In this document: in pieces, positions 34,101-48,100 of the stretch
Layout: each line of letters opens with the position of its first letter
How positions within the stretch are numbered: position 1 is the stretch's first letter
Source: Eledone cirrhosa
Lineage: Eukaryota
NCBI GenBank assembly: GCA_964016885.1
Contig: OZ024744.1
Location: 22,072,001-22,136,000, forward strand
Direction: 5' to 3'
Length of the DNA: 64,000 bases
The notes under the pieces: model-generated
What the model was told of the DNA's origin: nothing
Databases searched by the model: none
The model's input: only the letters and a program-made list of their open reading frames with translations
Position numbers and translations under genes: made by a program

Positions 34101-36120
34101 GAGATGTTGTGGTGGTGGTCAGTTATGATTGACAGAGAGTGAGGTGTCATGGTGGTGGTCAGTTACGTTTGACAGTGAGTGAGATGTTTGTGGTGGTCAG
34201 TTAGGGTTGACATTGAGTGAGATGTTGTGGTGGTCAGTTATGGTTGACATTGAGTGAGATAGTGTGGTGGTGGTCATTTACGGTTGACAGTGACTGAGAT
34301 GTTTTGGTGGTCAGTTACGGTTGACAGCGAGTGAGATGTTGTGGTGGTCAGTTATGGTTAACAGTGAGTTAGATGCTGTGGTGGTCAGTTGTGGTTGACA
34401 GTGAGTGAGATGTTGTGGTGGTCAGTTATGGTTGACACTGAGTGAGATGTTGTGGTGATCAGTTATGGTTGACAGTGAATGATGTGTCATGGAGGTGGTC
34501 AGTTACTGTTGATATTGAGTGATATATTGTGGTGGTGGTCAGTTATCGTTGACAGTGAGTGAGATGTTGTGGTGTCAGTTACGGTTTACATTGATTGTGA
34601 TGTTGTGGTGGTCAGTTAAGGTTGACATTGAGTGAGATGTCGTGGTGGTCAGTTAAGGTTGACATTGAATAAGTTGTTGTGGTGGTCAGTTACCGTTGAC
34701 AGTGAGTGACATGTTTGTGGTGGTGGACGACTGTTATGGTTGACATTGAGTGAGATGTTGTGGTGGTCAGTTAAGGTCGACATTGTGTTTAGACGTGGTG
34801 GTTGCGGTCAGTTACGGTTGACATTGAGTGAGATGTTTGTGGTGGTCAGTAAGGGTTGATATTGAGTGAGATGTTGTGGTTGTGGTCATTTAAGGTTGAC
34901 ATTGAGTGAGATGTTGTGGTGGTCAGTTACGGTTGACATTGAGTGAGATGTTGTGGTTGTGGTCAGTTATGGTTGACATTGAATGATATGTTTGTGGTGG
35001 TCAGTAAGGGTTGATATTTAGTGAGATGTTGTGGTGGTGGTCAGTTATGGTTGACATTGAGTGAGATGTTTTGGTGGTAGTCAGTTATGGTTGACATTGA
35101 GTGAGATGTTGTGGTGGTCAGTTACGGTTGACATAGAGTGAGATGTTGTGGTGGTCAGTTACGGTTGACATTGAGTGAGATGTTGTAGAGATCAGTTATG
35201 GTTGACACTGAGTGAGATATAGTGGTGGTCAGTTACGGTTGACAGTGAGTGATATGTTGTAGTGGTCAGTTATGGTTAACAGTGAGTGAGATGTTGTGGT
35301 GGTCAGTTATGGTTGACCCTGAGTGAGATGTTGTGGTGGTTAGTTATGGTTGAGAGTGAGTGAGATTTTGTGGTGGTCAGATATGGTTGACATTGAGTGA
35401 AATGTTTGTGGTGGTCAGTTATGGTTTACATTGAGTGAGATGTTTTGGTGGTCAGTTATGATTGACAGTGAGTGAGATGTTGTGGTGGTCAGTTATGGTT
35501 GGGAGTGACTCAGATGTTTTGGTGGTCATTTATGTTTGACATTGAGTTAGATGTTGTGGTGGTGGTCAGTTATGATTCACAGTGAGTGAGGTTTAATGGA
35601 GGTGGTCAGTTACGGTTGACTGTGAGTGAGATATTGTGGTGGTGGTCAGTTATGGTTGACAGTGAGTGAGATGTTGTGCTGGTCAGTTACGGTTGACAGA
35701 GAGTGAGATGTTGTGGTGGTCAGTTAAGGTTGAAATTGAGTGAGACTAGGTGGTGGTAGTCAGTTATGGTTGACAGTGAGTGATATGTTTGTGGTGGTCA
35801 GTTAAAATTGACAGTGAATGATATTTTATGGTGGTCGTCAGTTATGGTTGACAGTGAGTGAGATGTTGTGGTTGTCAGTTATGGTTGACATTGAGTGAGA
35901 TGTTGTGGTGGTCGTCAGTTATGATTGACAGTTAGTGAGATGTTTGTGGTGGCGGTCAGTTACGGTTGACACTGAGTGAGATGTTGTGGTGCTGGTTAGT
36001 TATGATTGACAGAGAGTGAGGTGTCATGGTGGTGGTCAGTTATGGTTGACATTGAGTGAGATGTTTGTGTTGCTAGTGAGTTATGGTTGACAGTGAGTGA
36101 GATGTTGTGGTGGTCAGTTA
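25180..36120 (+). repeat. GT-rich satellite layer 1: diverged 37/40-bp monomer GGTCAGTTAYGGTTGACAKTGAGTGAGATGTTGT(GGT)1-2 with a ~1.8-2.25-kb higher-order period
   Basis: Monomer spacing counted as 37 bp (CAG at 26461 and 26498). Diagnostic variant GAAATTGAGTGAGACTAGG at 27389, 29545, 31775, 33580 and 35732. Confidence 0.95.
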
Positions 36121-39100
36121 GGTTGACATAGATAACATAGGTGGGATGTTGTCGTGGTGGTCAGTTAGGTTGACATAGATAACATAGAGTGAGATGTTGT
36201 CTTGGTGGTCAGTTAGGTTGACATAGATAACATAGGTGGGATGTTGTCGTGGACAGTTAGGTTGACATAGATAACGTAGAGTGGGATGTTGTCGTTGCGG
36301 TCAGTTAGGTTGACACAGATAACATAGGTGGGATGTTGTTGTGGTGGTCAGTTCGGTTGACATAGATAACATAGAGTGAGATGTTGTCTTGGTGGTCAGT
36401 TAGGTTGACATAGATAACATAGGTGGGATGTTGTCGTGGTCAGTTAGGTTGACATAGATAACATAGAGTGAGATGTTGTCGTGATGGTCAGTTAGGTTGA
36501 CATAGATAACATAGGTGGGATGTTGTCGGGGTGGTCAGTTAGGTTGACATAGATAACATAGGTGGGATGTTGTCGTGGTGGTCAGTTACGTTGACATAGA
36601 TAACATAGAGTGAGATGGTGTCTTCGTGGTCAGTTAGGTTGACATAGATAACATAGGTGGGATGTTGTCGTGGTGGTCAGTTAGGTTGACATAGATAACG
36701 TAGAGTGAGATGTTGTCGTGGTGGTCAGTTAGGTTGAGATAGATAATATAGAGTGAGATGTTGTCGTGGTGGTCAGTTAAGTTGACATAGATAACATAGG
36801 TGGGATGTTGTCGTGGTCAGTTAGGTTGACATAGATAACATAGGTGGGATGTTGTCGTGGTCAGTTAGGGTGACATAGATAACATAGGTGGGATGTTGTC
36901 GTGGTGGTTAGTTAGGTTGACATAGATAACATAGGTGGTATGTTGTCGTGGTCAGTTAGGTTGACATAGATAACATAGAGTGAGATGTTGTCGTGGTGGT
37001 CAGTTAGGTTGACATAGATAACATAGGTGGGATGTTGTCGTGGTGGTCAGTTAGGTTGACATAGATAAAATAGAGTGAGATGGTGTCGTAGTGGTCAGTT
37101 AGGTTGACATAGTTAACATAGGTGAGATGTTGTCGTGGTGGTCAGTTAATGTTGACATAGATAACATAGAGTGAGATGTTGTCGTGGTGGTCAGTTAGGT
37201 TGACATAGATAATATAGAGTGAGATGTTGTCGTGATGGTCAGTTAGGTTGACATAGATAACATAGGTGGGATGTTGTCGTGGTCAGTTAGGCTGACATAG
37301 ATAACATAGGTGGGATGTTGTCGTGGTCAGTTAGGTTGACATAGATAACATAGGTGGGATGTTGTCGTGGTGGTCAATTAGGTTGACATAGATAACATAG
37401 GTGGGATGTTGTCGTGGTCAGTTAGGTTGACATATATAACATAGAGTGAGATGTTGTCGTGGTTGTCAGTTAGGTTGACATAGATAACATAGAGTGAGAT
37501 GTTGTCGTGGTGGTCAGTTAGGTTGACATAGAAAACATAGGTGGGATGTTGTCGTGGTGGTCAGTTGGTTTGACATAGATAACATAGGTGGGATGTTGTC
37601 GTGGTCAGTTAGGTTGACATAGATAACATAGAGTGAGATGTTGTCGTGGTGGTCAGTTTGCTTGACATAGATAACATAGGTGAGATGTTGTCGGGGTGGT
37701 CAGTTAGGTTGACATAGATAACATAGGTGGGATGTTGTCGTGGTGGTCAGTTAGGTTGACATAGATAACATAGAGTGAGATGGTGTCTTCGTGGTCAGTT
37801 AGGTTGACATAGATAACATAGGTGGGATGTTGTCATGGTGGTCAGTTAGGTTGACATAGATAACGTAGAGTGAGATGTTGTGGTGGTGGTCAGTTAGGTT
37901 GACATAGATAACATAGTTGGTATGCTGTCGTGGTCAGTTAGGTTGACATATTTAACATAGAGTGAGATGTTGTCGTGGTGGTCAGTTAGGTTGACATAGA
38001 TAACATAGGTGGGATGTTGTCGTGGTGGTCAGTTAGGTTGACATATATAACATAGAGTGAGATGGTGTCGTGGTGGTCAGTTAGGTTGACATAGTTAACA
38101 TAGGTGAGATGTTGTCGTGGTGGTCAGTTAGGTTGACATAGATAACATAGAGTGAGATGTTGTCGTGGTGGTCAGTTACGTTGACATAGATAATATAGAG
38201 TGAGATGTTGTCGTGATGGTCAGTTAGGTTGACATAGATAACATAGGTGGGATTTTGTCGTGGTCAGTTAGGTTGATATAGATAACATTGGTGGGATGTT
38301 GTCGTGGTCAGTTAGGTTGACATAGATAACATAGGTGGGATGTTGTCGTGGTGGTCAGTTAGGTTGACATAGATAACATAGGTGGGATGTTGTCGTGGTC
38401 AGTTAGGTTGACATATATAACATACAGTGAGATGTTGTCGTGGTGGTCAGTTTAGGTTGACATAGATAACATAGGTGGGATGTTGTCGTGGTGGTCAGTT
38501 AGGTTGACATAGATAACATAGGTGGGATGTTGTCGTGGTCAGTTAGGTTGACATAGAAAACATAGGTGGGATGTTGTCGTGGTGGTCAGTTAGGTTGACA
38601 TAGATAACATAGGTGGGATGTTATCGTGGTGGTCAGTTAGGTTGACATAGATAACATAGAGTGAGATATTGTCGTGGTGGTCAGTTAGGTTGACATAGAT
38701 AACATAGGTGGCATGTTGTCGTGGTGGTCAGTTAGGTTTACATAGATAACATAGAGTGAGATGTTGTCGTGGTGGTCAGTTAGGTTGACATATATAACAT
38801 AGGTGGGATGTTGTCGTGGTGGTCAGTTAGGTTGACATAGATAACATAGGTGGGATGTAGTCGTGGTGGTCAGTTAGGTTGACATAGATAACATAGAGTG
38901 AGATGTTGTCATGGTGGTCAGTTAGGTTGACATAGATAACATAGGTGGGATGTTGTCGTGGTGGTCAGTTAGGTTGACATAGATAACATAGGTGGGATGT
39001 TGTCGTGGACAGTTAGGTTGACATAGATAACGTAGAGTGGGATGTTGTTGCGGTCAGTTAGGTTGACACAGATAACATAGGTGGGATCTTGTTGTGGTGG

Positions 39101-42100
39101 TCAGTTAGGTTGACATAGATAACATAGAGTGAGATGTTGTCTTGGTGGTCAGTTTGGTTGACATAGATAACATAGGTGGGATGTTGTCGTGGTCAGTTAG
39201 GTTGACATAGATAACATAGAGTGAGATGTTGTCGTGATGGTCAGTTAGGTTGACATAGATAACATAGGTGGGATGTTGTCGGGGTGGTCAGTTAGGTTGA
39301 CATAGATAACATAGGTGGGATGTTGTCGTGGTGGTCAGTTAGGTTGACATAGATAACGTAGAGTGAGATGTTGTCGTGGTGGTCAGTTAGGTTGAGATAG
39401 ATAATATAGAGTGAGATGTTGTCGTGGTGGTCAGTTAGGTTGACATAGATAAAATAGAGTGAGATGGTGTCGTGGTGGTCAGTTAGGTTGACATAGTTAA
39501 CATAGGTGAGATGTTGTCGTGGTGGTCAGTTAGGTTGACATAGATAACATAGAGTGAGATGTTGTCGTGGTGGTCAGTTAGGTTGACATAGATAATATAG
39601 AGTGAGATGTTGTCGTGATGGTCAGTTAGGTTGACATAGATAACATAGGTGGGATGTTGTCGTGGTCAGTTAGGCTGACATAGATAACATAGGTGGGATG
39701 TTGTCGTGGTCAGTTAGGTTGACATAGATAACATAGGTGGGATGTTGTCGTGGTGGTCAGTTAGGTTGACATAGATAACATAGGTGGGATGTTGTCGTGG
39801 TCAGTTAGGTTGACATATATAACATAGAGTGAGATGTTGTCGTGGTTGTCAGTTAGGTTGACATAGATAACATAGAGTGAGATGTTGTCGTGGTGGTCAG
39901 TTAGGTTGACATAGAAAACATAGGTGGGATGTTGTCGTGGTGGTCAGTTAGGTTGACATAGATAACATAGGTGGGATGTTGTCCTGGTGGTCAGTTAGGT
40001 TGACATAGATAACATAGAGTGGGATGTTGTCGTGGTGGTCAGTTAGGTTGACATAGATAACATAGGTGGGATGTTGTCGTGGTGGTCAGTTAGGTTGACA
40101 TAGATAACATAGGGTGAGATGTTGTCTTGGTGGTCAGTTAGGTTGACATAGATAACATAGGTGGGATGTTGTCGTGGTCAGTTAGGTTGACATATTTAAC
40201 ATAGAGTGTGATGTTGTCGTGGTGGTCAGTTAGGTTGACATAGATAACATAGGTGGGATGTTGTCGTGGTGATCAGTTAGGTTGACATAGATAACATAGA
40301 GTGAGATGGTGTCGTGGTGGTCAGTTAGGTTGACATAGTTAACATAGGTGAGATGTTGTCGTGGTGGTCAGTTAGGTTGACATAGATAACATAGAGTAAG
40401 ATGTTGTCGTGGTGGTCAGTTACGTTGACATAGATAATATAGAGTGAGATGTTGTCGTGATGGTCAGTTAGGTTGACATAGATAACATAGGTGGGATGTT
40501 GTCGTGGTCAGTTAGGTTGATATAGATAACATTGGTGGGATGTTGTCGTGGTCAGTTAGGTTGACATAGATAACATAGGTGGGATGTTGTCGTGGTGGTC
40601 AGTTAGGTTGACATAGATAACATAGGTGGGATGTTGTCGTGGTCAGTTAGGTTGACATATATAACATACAGTGAGATGTTGTCGTGGTGGTCAGTTAGGT
40701 TGACATAGATAACATAGGTGGGATGTTGTCGTGGTGGTCAGTTAGGTTGACATAGATAACATAGGTGGGATGTTGTCGTGGTTGTCAGTTAGGTTGACAT
40801 AGATAACATAGAGATGTTGTCGTGGTGGTCAGTTAGGTTGACATAGAAAACATAGGTGGGATGTTGTCGTGGTGGTCAGTTAGGTTGACATAGATAACAT
40901 AGGTGGGATGTTATCGTGGTGGTCAGTTAGGTTGACATAGATAAAATAGAGTGAGATGGTGTCGTGGTGGTCAGTTAGGTTGACATAGTTAACATAGGTG
41001 AGATGTTGTCGTGGTGGTCAGTTAGGTTGACATAGATAACATAGAGTGAGATGTTGTCGTGGTGGTCAGTTAGGTTGACATAGATAATATAGAGTGAGAT
41101 GTTGTCGTGATGGTCAGTTAGGTTGACATAGATAACATAGGTGGGATGTTGTCGTGGTCAGTTAGGCTGACATAGATAACATAGGTGGGATGTTGTCGTG
41201 GTCAGTTAGGTTGACATAGATAACATAGAGTGAGATGTTGTCGTGGTGGTCAGTTAGGTTGACATAGAAAACATAGGTGGGATGTTGTCGTGGTGGTCAG
41301 TTAGGTTGACATAGATAACATAGGTGGGATGTTGTCCTGGTGGTCAGTTAGGTTGACATAGATAACATAGAGTGGGATGTTGTCGTGGTGGTCAGTTAGG
41401 TTGACATAGATAACATAGGTGGGATGTTGTCGTGGTGGTCAGTTAGGTTGACATAGATAACATAGGGTGAGATGTTGTCTTGGTGGTCAGTTAGGTTGAC
41501 ATAGATAACATAGGTGGGATGTTGTCGTGGTCAGTTAGGTTGACATATTTAACATAGAGTGTGATGTTGTCGTGGTGGTCAGTTAGGTTGACATAGATAA
41601 CATAGGTGGGATGTTGTCGTGGTGATCAGTTAGGTTGACATAGATAACATAGAGTGAGATGGTGTCGTGGTGGTCAGTTAGGTTGACATAGTTAACATAG
41701 GTGAGATGTTGTCGTGGTGGTCAGTTAGGTTGACATAGATAACATAGAGTAAGATGTTGTCGTGGTGGTCAGTTACGTTGACATAGATAATATAGAGTGA
41801 GATGTTGTCGTGGTGGTCAGTTAGGTTGACATAGATAACATAGGTGGGATGTTGTCGTGGTCAGTTAGGTTGATATAGATAACATTGGTGGGATGTTGTC
41901 GTGGTCAGTTAGGTTGACATAGATAACATAGGTGGGATGTTGTCGTGGTGGTCAGTTAGGTTGACATAGATAACATAGGTGGGATGTTGTCGTGGTCAGT
42001 TAGGTTGACATATATAACATACAGTGAGATGTTGTCGTGGTGGTCAGTTAGGTTGACATAGATAACATAGGTGGGATGTTGTCGTGGTGGTCAGTTAGGT

Positions 42101-45100
42101 TGACATAGATAACATAGGTGGGATGTTGTCGTGGTTGTCAGTTAGGTTGACATAGATAACATAGAGATGTTGTCGTGGTGGTCAGTTAGGTTGACATAGA
42201 AAACATAGGTGGGATGTTGTCGTGGTGGTCAGTTAGGTTGACATAGATAATATAGGTGGGATGTTATCGTGGTGGTCAGTTAGGTTGAAATAGATAACAT
42301 AGAGTGAGATATTGTCGTGGTGGTCAGTTAGGTTGACATAGATAACATAGGTGGCATGTTGTCGTGGTGGTCAGTTAGGTTTACATAGATAACATAGAGT
42401 GAGATGTTGTCGTGGTGGTCAGTTAGGTTGACATAGATAACATAGGTGGGATGTTGTCGTGGTGGTCAGTTAGGTTGACATAGATAACATAGGTGGGATG
42501 TAGTCGTGGTGGTCAGTTAGGTTGACATAGATAACATAGAGTGAGATGTTGTCGTGGTGGTCAGTTAGGTTGACATAGATAATATAGAGTGAGATGTTGT
42601 CGTGATGGTCAGTTAGGTTGACATAGATAACATAGGTGGGATGTTGTCGTGGTCAGTTAGGCTGACATAGATAACATAGGTGGGATGTTGTCGTGGTCAG
42701 TTAGGTTGACATAGATAACATAGGTGGGATGTTGTCGTGGTGGTCAGTTAGGTTGACATAGATAACATAGGTGGGATGTTGTCGTGGTCAGTTAGGTTGA
42801 CATATATAACATAGAGTGAGATGTTGTCGTGGTTGTCAGTTAGGTTGACATAGAAAACATAGGTGGGATGTTGTCGTGGTGGTCAGTTAGGTTGACATAG
42901 ATAACATAGGTGGGATGTTGTCCTGGTGGTCAGTTAGGTTGACATAGATAACATAGAGTGGGATGTTGTCGTGGTGGTCAGTTAGGTTGACATAGATAAC
43001 ATAGGTGGGATGTTGTCGTGGTGGTCAGTTAGGTTGACATAGATAACATTGGGTGAGATGTTGTCTTGGTGGTCAGTTAGGTTGACATAGATAACATAGG
43101 TGGGATGTTGTCGTGGTCAGTTAGGTTGACATATTTAACATAGAGTGTGATGTTGTCGTGGTGGTCAGTTAGGTTGACATAGATAACATAGGTGGGATGT
43201 TGTCGTGGTGATCAGTTAGGTTGACATAGATAACATAGAGTGAGATGGTGTCGTGGTGGTCAGTTAGGCTGACATAGTTAACATAGGTGAGATGTTGTCG
43301 TGGTGGTCAGTTAGGTTGACATAGATAACATAGAGTAAGATGTTGTCGTGGTGGTCAGTTACGTTGACATAGATAATATAGAGTGAGATGTTGTCGTGAT
43401 GGTCAGTTAGGTTGACATAGATAACATAGGTGGGATGTTGTCGTGGTCAGTTAGGTTGATATAGATAACATTGTTGGGATGTTGTCGTGGTCAGTTAGGT
43501 TGACATAGATAACATAGGTGGGATGTTGTCGTGGTGGTCAGTTAGGTTGACATAGATAACATAGGTGGGATGTTGTCGTGGTCAGTTAGGTTGACATATA
43601 TAACATACAGTGAGATGTTGTCGTGGTGGTCAGTTAGGTTGACATAGATAACATAGGTGGGATGTTGTCGTGGTGGTCAGTTAGGTTGACATAGATAACA
43701 TAGGTGGGATGTTGTCGTGGTTGTCAGTTAGGTTGACATAGATAACATAGAGATGTTGTTGTGGTGGTCAGTTAGGTTGACATAGAAAACATAGGTGGGA
43801 TGTTGTCGTGGTGGTCAGTTAGGTTGACATAGATAACATAGGTGGGATGTTATCGTGGTGGTCAGTTAGGTTGACATAGATAAAATAGAGTGAGATGGTG
43901 TCGTGGTGGTCAGTTAGGTTGACATAGTTAACATAGGTGAGATGTTGTCGTGGTGGTCAGTTAGGTTGACATAGATAACATAGAGTGAGATGTTGTCGTG
44001 GTGGTCAGTTAGGTTGACATAGATAATATAGAGTGAGATGTTGTCGTGATGGTCAGTTAGGTTGACATAGATAACATAGGTGGGATGTTGTCGTGGTCAG
44101 TTAGGCTGACATAGATAACATAGGTGGGATGTTGTCGTGGTCAGTTAGGTTGACATAGATAACATAGGTGGGATGTTGTCGTGGTGGTCAGTTAGGTTGA
44201 CATAGATAACATAGGTGGGATGTTGTCGTGGTCAGTTAGGTTGACATATATAACATAGAGTGAGATGTTGTCGTGGTTGTCAGTTAGGTTGACATAGAAA
44301 ACATAGGTGGGATGTTGTCGTGGTGGTCAGTTAGGTTGACATAGATAACATAGGTGGGATGTTGTCCTGGTGGTCAGTTAGGTTGACATAGATAACATAG
44401 AGTGGGATGTTGTCGTGGTGGTCAGTTAGGTTGACATAGATAACATAGGTGGGATGTTGTCGTGGTGGTCAGTTAGGTTGACATAGATAACATAGGGTGA
44501 GATGTTGTCTTGGTGGTCAGTTAGGTTGACATAGATAACATAGGTGGGATGTTGTCGTGGTCAGTTAGGTTGACATATTTAACATAGAGTGTGATGTTGT
44601 CGTGGTGGTCAGTTAGGTTGACATAGATAACATAGGTGGGATGTTGTCGTGGTGATCAGTTAGGTTGACATAGATAACATAGAGTGAGATGGTGTCGTGG
44701 TGGTCAGTTAGGCTGACATAGTTAACATAGGTGAGATGTTGTCGTGGTGGTCAGTTAGGTTGACATAGATAACATAGAGTAAGATGTTGTCGTGGTGGTC
44801 AGTTACGTTGACATAGATAATATAGAGTGAGATGTTGTCGTGATGGTCAGTTAGGTTGACATAGATAACATAGGTGGGATGTTCTCGTGGTCAGTTAGGT
44901 TGATATAGATAACATTGTTGGGATGTTGTCGTGGTCAGTTAGGTTGACATAGATAACATAGGTGGGATGTTGTCGTGGTGGTCAGTTAGGTTGACATAGA
45001 TAACATAGGTGGGATGTTGTCGTGGTCAGTTAGGTTGACATATATAACATACAGTGAGATGTTGTCGTGGTGGTCAGTTAGGTTGACATAGATAACATAG

Positions 45101-48100
45101 GTGGGATGTTGTCGTGGTGGTCAGTTAGGTTGACATAGATAACATAGGTGGGATGTTGTCGTGGTTGTCAGTTAGGTTGACATAGATAACATAGAGATGT
45201 TGTTGTGGTGGTCAGTTAGGTTGACATAGAAAACATAGGTGGGATGTTGTCGTGGTGGTCAGTTAGGTTGACATAGATAACATAGGTGGGATGTTATCGT
45301 GGTGGTCAGTTAGGTTGACATAGATAAAATAGAGTGAGATGGTGTCGTGGTGGTCAGTTAGGTTGACATAGTTAACATAGGTGAGATGTTGTCGTGGTGG
45401 TCAGTTAGGTTGACATAGATAACATAGAGTGAGATGTTGTCGTGGTGGTCAGTTAGGTTGACATAGATAATATAGAGTGAGATGTTGTCGTGATGGTCAG
45501 TTAGGTTGACATAGATAACATAGGTGGGATGTTGTCGTGGTCAGTTAGGCTGACATAGATAACATAGGTGGGATGTTGTCGTGGTCAGTTAGGTTGACAT
45601 AGATAACATAGGTGGGATGTTGTCGTGGTGGTCAGTTAGGTTGACATAGATAACATAGGTGGGATGTTGTCGTGGTCAGTTAGGTTGACATATATAACAT
45701 AGAGTGAGATGTTGTCGTGGTTGTCAGTTAGGTTGACATAGATAACATAGAGTGAGATGTTGTCGTGGTGGTCAGTTAGGTTGACATAGAAAACATAGGT
45801 GGGATGTTGTCGTGGTGGTCAGTTAGGTTGACATAGATAACATAGGTGGGATGTTGTCCTGGTGGTCAGTTAGGTTGACATAGATAACATAGAGTGGGAT
45901 GTTGTCGTGGTGGTCAGTTAGGTTGACATAGATAACATAGGTGGGATGTTGTCGTGGTGGTCAGTTAGGTTGACATAGATAACATAGAGTGGGATGTTGT
46001 CGTGGTGGTCAGTTAGGTTGACATAGATAACATAGAGTCAGATGTTGTCGTGATGGTCAGTTAGGTTGACATAGATAACATAGAGTCAGATGTTGTCGTG
46101 ATGGTCAGTTAGGTTGACATGGATAACATAGGGTGAGATGTTGTCTTGGTGGTCAGTTAGGTTGACATAGATAACATAGGTGGGATGTTGTCGTGGTCAG
46201 TTAGGTTGACATATTTAACATAGAGTGTGATGTTGTCGTGGTGGTCAGTTAGGTTGACATAGATAACATAGGTGGGATGTTGTCGTGGTCAGTTAGGTTG
46301 ACATATATAACATAGAGTGAGATGTTGTCGTGGTTGTCAGTTAGGTTGACATAGATAACATAGAGTGAGATGTTGTCGTGGTGGTCAGTTAGGTTGACAT
46401 AGAAAACATAGGTGGGATGTTGTCGTGGTGGTCAGTTAGGTTGACATAGATAACATAGGTGGGATGTTGTCCTGGTGGTCAGTTAGTTTGACATAGATAA
46501 CATAGAGTGGGATGTTGTCGTGGTGGTCAGTTAGGTTGACATAGATAACATAGGTGGGATGTTGTCGTGGTGGTCAGTTAGGTTGACATAGATAACATAG
46601 GGTGAGATGTTGTCTTGGTGGTCAGTTAGGTTGACATAGATAACATAGGTGGGATGTTGTCGTGGTCAGTTAGGTTGACATATTTAACATAGAGTGTGAT
46701 GTTGTCGTGGTGGTCAGTTAGGTTGACATAGATAACATAGGTGGGATGTTGTCGTGGTGATCAGTTAGGTTGACATAGATAACATAGAGTGAGATGGTGT
46801 CGTGGTGGTCAGTTAGGTTGACATAGTTAACATAGGTGAGATGTTGTCGTGGTGGTCAGTTAGGTTGACATAGATAACATAGAGTAAGATGTTGTCGTGG
46901 TGGTCAGTTACGTTGACATAGATAATATAGAGTGAGATGTTGTCGTGATGGTCAGTTAGGTTGACATAGATAACATAGGTGGGATGTTGTCGTGGTCAGT
47001 TAGGTTGATATAGATAACATTGGTGGGATGTTGTCGTGGTCAGTTAGGTTGACATAGATAACATAGGTGGGATGTTGTCGTGGTGGTCAGTTAGGTTGAC
47101 ATAGATAACATAGGTGGGATGTTGTCGTGGTCAGTTAGGTTGACATATATAACATACAGTGAGATGTTGTCGTGGTGGTCAGTTAGGTTGACATAGATAA
47201 CATAGGTGGGATGTTGTCGTGGTGGTCAGTTAGGTTGACATAGATAACATAGGTGGGATGTTGTCGTGGTTGTCAGTTAGGTTGACATAGATAACATAGA
47301 GATGTTGTCGTGGTGGTCAGTTAGATAGACATAGAAAATATAGGTGGGATGTTGTCGTGGTGGTCAGTTAGGTTGACATAGATAACATAGGTGGGATGTT
47401 ATCGTGGTGGTCAGTTAGGTTGACATAGATAAAATAGAGTGAGATGGTGTCGTGGTGGTCAGTTAGGTTGACATATTTAACATAGGTGAGATGTTGTCGT
47501 GGTGGTCAGTTAGGTTGACATAGATAACATAGAGTGAGATGTTGTCGTGGTGGTCAGTTAGGTTGACATAGATAATATAGAGTGAGATGTTGTCGTGATG
47601 GTCAGTTAGGTTGACATAGATAACATAGGTGGGATGTTGTCGTGGTCAGTTAGGCTGACATAGATAACATAGGTGGGATGTTGTCGTGGTCAGTTAGGTT
47701 GACATAGATAACATAGGTGGGATGTTGTCGTGGTGGTCAGTTAGGTTGACATAGATAACATAGGTGGGATGTTGTCGTGGTCAGTTAGGTTGACATATAT
47801 AACATAGAGTGAGATGTTGTCGTGGTTGTCAGTTAGGTTGACATAGATAACATAGAGTGAGATGTTGTCGTGGTGGTCAGTTAGGTTGACATAGAAAAGA
47901 TAGGTGGGATGTTGTCGTGGTGGTCAGTTAGGTTGACATAGATAACATAGGTGGGATGTTGTCCTGGTGGTCAGTTAGGTTGACATAGATAACATAGAGT
48001 GGGATGTTGTCGTGGTGGTCAGTTAGGTTGACATAGATAACATAGGTGGGATGTTGTCGTGGTGGTCAGTTAGGTTGACATAGATAACATAGGGTGAGAT

